A program made the position numbers and the translations under genes. Below, in pieces: positions 1 through 7,476 of a stretch of DNA of 17,527 nt. The stretch comes from a virus. Location of the stretch: IMG/VR virus record IMGVR_UViG_3300045988_104385; one strand, 5' to 3'. Positions within the stretch are counted from its first letter, which is position 1; each line of letters begins with the position of its first letter. The notes below the pieces were generated by a model. That model was not told where the DNA came from. It searched no databases and saw only the letters and a list, made by a program, of their open reading frames with translations.

Positions 1-46
1 AGATGCAGCGTAGTCTCGTGGGCTCGGAGATGTGTATAAGAGACAG
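1..46. other. Illumina Nextera adapter remnant (library artefact, not biological)
   Basis: Positions 13-46 read GTCTCGTGGGCTCGGAGATGTGTATAAGAGACAG, the Nextera read-2 transposase adapter ending in the 19-nt Tn5 mosaic end. They are preceded by AGAT plus 8 nt (GCAGCGTA) in the i7 index position. The exact reverse complement is at 17482-17527. Confidence 0.95.
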
Positions 47-115
47 TATATAGTCCGTCCCACGCGGACATTTTCCCAATTTTGTCCGCGTACGGCGGAC
101 AGCACATTGCACAAC

Positions 116-150
116 AAAAGCGGTGTCCGCGAGAGAAAGACACCGCTTTT
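116..150. terminator. Bidirectional intrinsic-terminator-like hairpin inside the ITR
   Basis: AAAAGCGGTGTC (116-127), an 11-nt loop, then GACACCGCTTTT (139-150). This is a perfect 12-bp stem with an A-run on one side and a T-run on the other, so a U-tract follows the stem in either direction. Confidence 0.6.
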
Positions 151-231
151 GCAATGTATTTGTTTGCATTTGTTCATTTTTCAATACTTTTTCAAACACA
201 TATGCCCGAAATTTTTATGCATTTTTCCAAC

Positions 232-260
232 TTGACAAAAACGCTTTACCCGACTAAAGT
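232..260 (+). promoter_or_regulatory. Sigma-A type promoter in the left ITR, reading inward
   Basis: TTGACA (232-237), a 17-nt spacer, then TAAAGT (255-260). T-tracts spaced about 10-11 bp apart lie upstream (159-226), resembling an UP element or curved DNA. Confidence 0.5.
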
Positions 261-443
261 GTTAGTCCCGTCTAATTGTCTATACAATTCCACAATTATT
301 CACGTTTTCCGACCGAATCACGCACAATTCTTCTGAAATACTTACTCATTTTGCCCGAAAAGTGGACGAAACCGACCGTTTGTACGCGGGACGCGGACAC
401 TTCCGAAACGGTAACTCACTTTAGTTTGCTAAAGTGTCCGCGA

Positions 444-850
444 GTGACGGACACGGCGCGTCCGTTCCGTCCGCGCCTGCCCTCCGGTGTCGTCCGCTCC
501 GCGGACTGCCTGTTATATTATATGTGTAAATTTAGTTATCGCTTGTGATCGTACGGTTGTATGCCAGTGGCCGCCGGAGACTGTAGCGCTTCGCGCGCCA
601 TCCGGGTGACGGACACGGCGCGTCCGTTCCGTCCGCGCCTGCCCTCCGGTGTCGTCCGCTCCGCGGACTGCCTGTTATATTATATGTGTAAATTTAGTTA
701 TCGCTTGTGATCGTGCGGTTGTATGCCAGTGGCCGCCGGAGACTGTAGCGCTTCGAGCGCCATCCGGGTGACGGACACGGCGCTGCGTGTTCCGCAGGCT
801 GCCTTGCATATTATGTGTGTAACTTTTGTTACTTAGTCACACACCGCATT
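444..850. repeat. 162-bp GC-rich tandem repeat: two full copies (444-605, 606-767) plus a degenerate, internally deleted third copy (768 to about 850)
   Basis: GTGACGGACACGGCG starts at 444, 606 and 768, giving a period of 162. Copies 1 and 2 differ at two positions that I could see (gtacgg versus gtgcgg; tcgcgcgc versus tcgagcgc). Copy 3 keeps the ends of the unit but lacks about 40 nt of the GC core, and it runs past the ITR boundary at 791. Confidence 0.9.
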
Positions 851-860
851 CGATTGTTTC

Positions 861-2831
861 TTACCATGTCGCATCCGGTCTTTTTAATGCTATTCCCATA
901 GCATTAGAAATTAATTGAAACATTACTTTATATCCCTCATTGGTAGGGTGCAATCCATCTGAAAGAAGTGTCTCTATTTTTATTCCTTTGTTAGAACAAT
1001 AGTTAATGAATAAATTATAAACGCTGATAAATGGAATATTATTTTCACATGAAACATTTCTAAGTACATTGTGAACATCTTCCATGTGAACACGGAAAGT
1101 TTTTTCGTTTTCGATTGATGCAGGTATGCAAGCCATAATTATTAAATCTTTTCCATAATTTTTAATTGTTTTAATAGTGTCATTCATATCTGAATACAAT
1201 GATTCTAAGTTTCCTTTTTCTCTGTTGTTAGTACCGATCATTAAAACGATACAGTCAAAGTTATATTGTGTATCCATGAAATTAGTTATAAAGTATTTTA
1301 AATCTTCGCTATTAATTCCACTCATTCCAAAGTTTCTAACAATTATTTTGAATTTTTCATTCATATAATTTTTAAATAATTGTGCCCAACCATTCCCGTC
1401 TAGTGCTTCATACCATCGTCTACCGCCTGACGTCCAAAGATATTCCCCAATTTTATAATCAGATGTAGCATTTGGGTTATTCGGGCCATTACCTCTCACA
1501 TTATAAGTTTTCCCATCAATAACGGCGTCATACTGTTGAAAACCTGATGACCCCATACCTTGAGTTATACTGTCACCAATTAAACAGATTCTATAGTTAT
1601 AAGCAGGGGCATTCAATGTCATATATTTTCCAATAACATCAATTGGTGTGTTTTTTTCCGATATATCCGAATCTTGTTTATACATTGGAGGGTAATCTTC
1701 CTTTGGCCACGAAAAACAAAAATATTTTGCACCGTTTGGAATTTTGATATTCGTAAAATTTTCACTTAATAAATAATTTGTGTAACCTTTTACAAATACT
1801 CCGGAAGAAGTAGTTGGCCTTTTCCAAAATGAGATATAGAAAAAAGATTTGTCATTAACAAATTTTCCTTTTTTTACTGTAATAAAATTCGTTTTATTAT
1901 TGATTGGTATTAAATTCGATGTTACGAATGAATCATTGTTGTCTACAGTACCGCCATTTGTTATCTTATAATTAAATATTGCTTTTGCAGTTTTCAAACC
2001 TACTCGTTCATTCATATTAGGTATATTCATAAATATTTGAACTGGTGATTCCTTACTAAAGCAAAATCTAACATATGCCGTATTGATAGGAAAAGAAAAT
2101 TTTTCCATATTATATGTTTGTGTTTCTGGTTTATTAATAAAGTTTATTACATTCATTTCACTATCGAAATATATTACACTAGCATATTTTTGATTTGAAG
2201 GTTTTTTCCATGTACCATTGACAAAATATTCATTACATCCTGTAACATTTATATAGTCGGTGGTATACCAATTATCAACAATTTCTTCATCGCCTGTTGT
2301 AAGAATCGCAATATTATCAATCTTGTGATAATCTGATATATTATTAATATCTTTTAGTCTAATTACAGTTTCATTTAGTGAATTAATTTTATCTCCCGTA
2401 ACTTTAGCATCAGCGGCGGCATTTTCTACCGTCAAAGATTTATCAATCGGCGGATTGGACGGATTCGTGATATTAGCTTTCAACCATGCCGCTACTTCGT
2501 TGTTTACAGTTGGTTTCAGCAGATTAAGCAGTTCTCCGCTTTCTTTCATTTCTTCGATTTTCTTGTTTACTTCGTTCTGTAAGTCGAGATTTGAAAAATA
2601 CTGATTGATAAAATCATGTAACGCTTTGTAACTTTTTACAAGTTCGTCCTGTGCGTCAAACATTTCTTTCACCGTCTTAAACAGCACAACAAATTTGTTT
2701 TCCAAACTCAACGTTCCGTTGAAATCATATGGAATCCCCCGCACACTTGCGACAACTTCACACGCCTGTGTAATCATCTGCCCAAAATCTGGTAAATTGG
2801 GAAAATCTGGAATCGTTGGTTTCTCTGCCAT
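861..2831 (-). CDS. Tail fibre / appendage-type receptor-binding protein with C-terminal SGNH (GDSL) hydrolase domain
   Basis: 656 aa, the last gene of the structural block (the phi29 gene 12 position). SD GAGGAGG lies upstream of the ATG. The N-terminus has a coiled-coil-like segment and the fibre-like motif TVENAAADAKVTGDKI. The C-terminal third has SGNH blocks LIGDSITQG (block I), MIGTNN (block III) and DGLHPT (block V, DxxH). Confidence 0.75.
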   Translation of the reverse strand: MAEKPTIPDFPNLPDFGQMITQACEVVASVRGIPYDFNGTLSLENKFVVLFKTVKEMFDAQDELVKSYKALHDFINQYFSNLDLQNEVNKKIEEMKESGELLNLLKPTVNNEVAAWLKANITNPSNPPIDKSLTVENAAADAKVTGDKINSLNETVIRLKDINNISDYHKIDNIAILTTGDEEIVDNWYTTDYINVTGCNEYFVNGTWKKPSNQKYASVIYFDSEMNVINFINKPETQTYNMEKFSFPINTAYVRFCFSKESPVQIFMNIPNMNERVGLKTAKAIFNYKITNGGTVDNNDSFVTSNLIPINNKTNFITVKKGKFVNDKSFFYISFWKRPTTSSGVFVKGYTNYLLSENFTNIKIPNGAKYFCFSWPKEDYPPMYKQDSDISEKNTPIDVIGKYMTLNAPAYNYRICLIGDSITQGMGSSGFQQYDAVIDGKTYNVRGNGPNNPNATSDYKIGEYLWTSGGRRWYEALDGNGWAQLFKNYMNEKFKIIVRNFGMSGINSEDLKYFITNFMDTQYNFDCIVLMIGTNNREKGNLESLYSDMNDTIKTIKNYGKDLIIMACIPASIENEKTFRVHMEDVHNVLRNVSCENNIPFISVYNLFINYCSNKGIKIETLLSDGLHPTNEGYKVMFQLISNAMGIALKRPDATW

Positions 2832-2843
2832 TATTATTCCTCC

Positions 2844-3602
2844 TCAATAAAATTGATAAAACAATTCTTTGCAATCATCGCAGATACGCTTGTTAAGATT
2901 CAGGATGGTATCGCGGAATCTCTGTATTTCTAATGAGTAACTACCGTCAAAACCCTCATCTTCAATCGTATCATTATTATCTGCATGATACGTGTCATTG
3001 CTGTTGGTTTTTGTTGTATTCTCTCCATTGCTTACCGCACTGTTATGGATGGTATTCTGTCCCCGATCCATCGTAGACGCATAATTCGTTCCGGCGAAAT
3101 TAATTTGCGGATTATCAGAGTGAATATTTTGTGTATTGTTATTTGTATCGGCTGTCGTTGTGTTTTTCGCTGTGCTGTCTCCCGAGATCACACCTGTTCG
3201 TGTATCGTCTTTTGTACTTTGCACTTTTCGTGTACTCTTATGAGTAATAAGCGGGTTGTATTCAAAAGTAATACTCCGGTACAACTGCTCATAGTATGGC
3301 ATATTGATAGTAAGGATTCGTTTGAGATGATACTGAAATTCGCCGATCGTTTCCAGTCCGATCTGTTCCCGAAAATACTGTAAACAGAACGTTTTTTCGA
3401 ACGTAAGTTTTGCGGTTGCATATTCTGGAGCGGATGCATCAACATAAAACGGAAAGTCAAAATTGAAGATTAAAGGAACGGCGGTTTCGATCATCTTGTC
3501 GATCGTCTGATTTTCAAGTGGGGAAATTACGTGATCGGAAATAACCAACTGTTCAATGGTATTCGTTAACGTTTTCGTTTCGTAGTTATAGTCAAGAAAC
3601 AT
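2844..3602 (-). CDS. Lower collar protein (phi29 gp11-like)
   Basis: 252 aa, immediately downstream of the portal gene with a TAATG overlap. The motif YFREQIGLETIGEFQYHLKRILTINMPYYEQLYRS matches the conserved lower-collar pattern (YFREIG.ET.G.F...MPYYNQLY). Synteny follows the 9-10-11-12 order. Confidence 0.75.
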   Translation of the reverse strand: MFLDYNYETKTLTNTIEQLVISDHVISPLENQTIDKMIETAVPLIFNFDFPFYVDASAPEYATAKLTFEKTFCLQYFREQIGLETIGEFQYHLKRILTINMPYYEQLYRSITFEYNPLITHKSTRKVQSTKDDTRTGVISGDSTAKNTTTADTNNNTQNIHSDNPQINFAGTNYASTMDRGQNTIHNSAVSNGENTTKTNSNDTYHADNNDTIEDEGFDGSYSLEIQRFRDTILNLNKRICDDCKELFYQFY

Positions 3603-4555
3603 TATTCCACCTCACTTTCCGGTTTGCCGGTTTCCGGTGTTTTCTGTTCGCCGTTTTTTATTGTCTCAAATGCATCTGGTCGGTTAATCGGCGTTACCAT
3701 CTTAGAATTAAAACGCACATGGATATTCAAACCATACATTTCATTGATCGAATCAAGTCCCCTCTGAATGGTAGCCAGATTTCCGTTTCTTGTCAACTCG
3801 ATTTCTCCATCGTTGTAGCTCGTTTCTGCGGAAACCAACCTTTCCGGTTTTTCCACGCCGCTTGCTTCGATTCCGAGATCAGCCAGACATTCTGCTGTTT
3901 CTCTCTGTGCGGCGGTGTCAAGTTCGTTAAAGATTGGCTTTACTTTCAAGTCAATGGTATCAATCTGAATCTGTTTTCGCAGATCGTTTTTTGCTTTGAT
4001 GAAAGGAATATTTTTTACCCACTTCTGAATAAAGTTGTCAATGGATAACTTCTGCGTAGAATCCCCGCTGATGACAACCGGCGTTCTCTGCTGAATCACG
4101 TTTACCCTTGTTGACGCTTTTTTCTCCGCCAAACTCTGCGAATGCAGAATAATGCTTAGGATTTCCGGTACAGCAAAAGGTCTGGCAAAAATCAACGAAC
4201 TTTCGTTTTTGTCCGTCTGCTCATAATACTGACCATTCATAGCGTAGGCAATCCAATCGGTAGGAATCCCGTAAATATCGGGTTCGCCAACCAGATTAAC
4301 ACCAAACACGCCGAAAAGTCCGGTGATTGGCTCTTTTTTGAACAGGCACATTCCTTGCCATAACAGATAGGAGTTGAGCATCCGTGGCGGAATCTCATCC
4401 GGTAACCCGTCATACTCATACCGCGACAACGCTAGATTGACGAACTTGTCAAAAAAGTGCTTGAAATACATTTTTTCTTCCGGTGACGTATTCGGGTTGT
4501 TTTCCCATTGTCCCCACACTTCTTTGTTACTCACCCGATACGGGTTATTATACAT
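3602..4555 (-). CDS. Portal / upper collar connector (phi29 gp10-like)
   Basis: 317 aa. Segments align by eye to phi29 gp10: [24 protein letters not shown] versus [41 protein letters not shown] versus [30 protein letters not shown] versus INELYGLNVKVKF. SD AAGGAGG is present. Confidence 0.9.
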   Translation of the reverse strand: [317 protein letters not shown]

Positions 4556-4567
4556 GACATCACCTCC

Positions 4568-6145
4568 TTACTTATTGGAAAGACCATAGTTTCCAACATC
4601 ATCCGTATGCCAGAACGTCACGCCGCGGTTAAACATTGCCTGCAAAAAATTGATATCATCGGTAACACACGGCCCATGCAGGCTGCAATTAACCGTTTTG
4701 ACAAAATTCCAGTTTGACCGCCCTGTAATATTAGGTACTTTAATTTTGTGCGTTGCATATCCGTACATTGTGAAATAATCGTCGATCGTTTTCGCCATCT
4801 GAGCGGTTACACTCATCACATGACAGTAAACTTGACTGCCGAACAATGCGGCGGCAACATAACTTCCGGATGAATTTCCTTTTGCTGTTGGCGGTATCAG
4901 ATCATGGCTTTCTTTCTGCGCATTGATATTTTCATTCAGCAAATAAGTGCTAGTTACCGCGTTAAAAATACTTTCTGCGCCTGCGCCTAAATTGCCACTT
5001 AATGCTCCGACCAATCCGCCCGTGAGATTTCCAATCTGCGATATTGCATTCTGCTTTTTGGAGTAGTCCCATAACGGACTAGACTGCGCTAGAAAAGCCT
5101 GATAGCCGTCATTTGTCCATGCACACTGTGGGAAATTATTGATGGTAAAACCGTATGGGGATTTTGGCCCACCAGTACGTTTATATTCACGCGGAGTCAC
5201 AAAGATTGCAGGAATATTAAACATAACGCCATACACCTGCATGGTTAATTCTCCATTTTTACCGTATTCGAAATTAAAAGTATGCTGTATTCCCGAACCA
5301 TCGTTGACCAGACAATAACAATAGGGATACTGAAATAGTTTATTATTTTTCGGGATATAGCCGTCAAGTGCATATGGTTTAACGGTTACTTGTGTATAAG
5401 CAGATGCATCTGTCTGGAAACAGGCTTCTGGTGCTTGATATACATTAACAATCGCATCTCCGTTTCCGCTTTTGACGTACTTCTGGATAACTGTGATTAA
5501 GTCCGTATATTTTGTTTTCCGAGTAAATGTCAACCCCGATAAAATTCCCTGATTGACAATGGGTATAATATTTGTTCCGTTTTCGTCTGCACTTGCACTC
5601 AAACAATACTGCATCGGGCCGAGATTCAAAAGTTTCTGTTCGTTCGGATTGTCCACGTATTCCCCCGTTTCCAGATTTTCTGGCACTAAATTAATTCCGG
5701 CATAATCAGCTTTTTTGTCAATATGCTCCCTTTCCACATAGCACTGTTGAAGCACCACGTTGTAAAAACTGTTCTGAAAACGATCGGGTTCGAAATAAAT
5801 CTTAAAACTTCCGTCACTCAACCATTCTACCCGCGTCACAAATCCGAAATACCACTCTTCCGTATAAGGTTTATTCTGAAACGCAATATAATTGCACTTT
5901 AAAAATTCACTCTCATTCCCTTTTCCTTTATAAGTCAGTTCTCCCCATCTCACGGGCGCGGATTGCTTAAAAATATGAATTGCTTTTTCTCTTACATGAG
6001 CCAGACAGCCTGCTTTTCCGTTTTCATAATAACGCACGTGTTCATAATCGTTTCCCCACTCGATACCACTAGCCAGAATAACCTCCGTCTGCGGGGAAAC
6101 CGCCGCCACATTTTCCTGCGGCGGCATCGGAATGAAATTATCCAT
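4568..6145 (-). CDS. Tail knob / distal tube protein (phi29 gp9-like)
   Basis: 525 aa. ILASGIEWGNDYEHVRYY versus ILADVPFSNDYKNTRWF; YIAFQNKPYTEEWYFGFVTRVEW versus YIMFQNADYGNKWFYAFVTELEF; C-terminal FNRGVTFWHTDDVGNY versus FDNGITLWHTDNIGNY. Confidence 0.9.
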   Translation of the reverse strand: MDNFIPMPPQENVAAVSPQTEVILASGIEWGNDYEHVRYYENGKAGCLAHVREKAIHIFKQSAPVRWGELTYKGKGNESEFLKCNYIAFQNKPYTEEWYFGFVTRVEWLSDGSFKIYFEPDRFQNSFYNVVLQQCYVEREHIDKKADYAGINLVPENLETGEYVDNPNEQKLLNLGPMQYCLSASADENGTNIIPIVNQGILSGLTFTRKTKYTDLITVIQKYVKSGNGDAIVNVYQAPEACFQTDASAYTQVTVKPYALDGYIPKNNKLFQYPYCYCLVNDGSGIQHTFNFEYGKNGELTMQVYGVMFNIPAIFVTPREYKRTGGPKSPYGFTINNFPQCAWTNDGYQAFLAQSSPLWDYSKKQNAISQIGNLTGGLVGALSGNLGAGAESIFNAVTSTYLLNENINAQKESHDLIPPTAKGNSSGSYVAAALFGSQVYCHVMSVTAQMAKTIDDYFTMYGYATHKIKVPNITGRSNWNFVKTVNCSLHGPCVTDDINFLQAMFNRGVTFWHTDDVGNYGLSNK

Positions 6146-6161
6146 GTTTCCTCCCTCTTAC

Positions 6162-7472
6162 TTAATCTTTCGTAAAGTAAATGGTTGCAGTTTTGGAAGA
6201 ATCGAAGCGGCTGGTAATCACAACCCGCACACTTGATGTTTTGTTTACTTTCAATTGCAGATTCTTCTCATCTTTTGCGATTCGAAGAATGGTTGTGCCA
6301 GGGATTACAAACGTATCCGTAGAAGAGTTACCCTCTACTTTTACATCAATCGCTTTATCGGCTACGCCATTTGAATCAATAGAAAAACTGCCGCCGAAAT
6401 CCACGTCTGTTCCGACGTTCACCGTTCCCACGTCATGTGCGGTAATGGAAGAAACAAGAACTGACTCGGTCGTAAAGACAATGATCGGATAGAACAGGGA
6501 ATACGAAAACATCTCTTTTACCGTATACGTACTGTTCCAACGCAGTCCGCGATTAACGTTATCCTGTACCATCATACGGTACTGTTCGCGGATTTTGAAG
6601 AACCGTTTATCAACCAGTACAGCAACGATTCCCTCCGCATCGTTAAAGTTGTCGATTAACACCTGCTGTGCTTTCGGAATCATCCGGTCGAGATTGTACG
6701 CGCTTGCATAACTGTCAACGTTCATCGCGGCTTTGGTATCGGGGTCGACAAACAGAAGAATGGTATCTTCTTTTGCCGCCGATGTCGCGCCAGCGAAATT
6801 ATACAGCGGGTTCGGGAACTGAATCTTGTCGATGTAACTCTGAATCTGTTTTGCCAGTGCGTTCGCGGATGCCTGATTCGTAACCGCATCCACATGAACC
6901 GGGTAAATCTGGCCTGCGCGCTTTGCAGACGCAATCAGTTCTTTTGCAGTTGTGAACTCATCCCAGTTACAAGCGGAAACGACACTTTCCACTTTTGCCT
7001 GCACGAGACTGCGCAAACCGTAATCATCGAGAAACGCGCCGCGCATATCCTCAAACCAGATCGTCACCGGATAATCGTTGTTGAAATTGAGTACATGATA
7101 CAGCGCCATAATGTAGCTGTCATAAATGGCGGTCGCATCTTCGATGCTGATATTGGCATCGTGCGCGTAACCCTGTGCAAAGTTTACGTAGACTTCCTGT
7201 TCACCATTTCCGTATGGCATCGCATTACTGTTCAATACCCGGAGCGGATTTCGGAACGCTTCGGTACTGATCGACTGGCTGGCAATCAGATTTACCAGCG
7301 CAGGAACCAGTTCGTTCCGAGTCATCGGATTGTAAGGGTCGGTTAATGTTTTTGCAATATCGGCAATATTTTCACGAGTTGCCACAGGAACTCTGTCACG
7401 GTAGTCAACACTCATCGTCTGCCGAACGGCGTTCAGCATATTAATATTGGTCATATCTAATTTTTCTGCCAT
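6162..7472 (-). CDS. Major capsid protein (phi29 gp8-like) with C-terminal Ig-like domain
   Basis: 436 aa. [24 protein letters not shown] versus phi29 [36 protein letters not shown]...[10 protein letters not shown] versus EAVLVDKDWFMV...PRGLYWNYYY. The beta-rich C-terminal ~95 aa sits in the position of the phi29 BIG2 domain. Confidence 0.9.
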   Translation of the reverse strand: [436 protein letters not shown]

Positions 7473-7476
7473 TGTT

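Larger units (their letters stand above)
47..791. repeat. Left inverted terminal repeat (745 bp)
   Basis: Position x pairs with 17528-x. The ORF-track proteins at 32-235, 82-336 and 276-548 are identical to those at 17293-17496, 17192-17446 and 16980-17252. I traced identity by eye through 549-791. It breaks at 792 (c) versus 16736 (a). Confidence 0.9.

Noticed and set aside
32-548. ORFs of 67, 84 and 90 aa on the plus strand inside the left ITR (32-235, 82-336, 276-548), with identical mirrors in the right ITR.
   Set aside because: The first starts inside adapter sequence. The other two use TTG starts with no SD. They run through promoter, terminator and GC-rich repeat DNA, and their identity at both ends is simply a consequence of the ITR. 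I treat them as non-coding.
813-845. The hairpin GTGTGTAAC-TTTT-GTTAC...ACACAC just downstream of the fibre stop, considered as the late-operon terminator.
   Set aside because: The stem is interrupted and no U-tract follows on the minus strand. On the plus strand there is only a weak T-rich stretch. It may act as a pause or processing site, but it does not meet intrinsic-terminator criteria. The ITR hairpin at 116-150 is a better candidate.
444-850. The tandem repeats considered as a CRISPR array.
   Set aside because: The 162-bp units are directly adjacent with no unique spacers, and they are far longer than CRISPR repeats. No cas genes are present.
1041-1057. ATTTTCACATGAAACAT in the fibre gene resembles the palindromic 17-mer (14 of 17 matches), a possible third operator.
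   Set aside because: It has three mismatches, including one in the CACGTG core, and it lies inside a very AT-rich coding region where such near-matches are more likely by chance. It is worth including in a formal motif scan but not strong enough to call.
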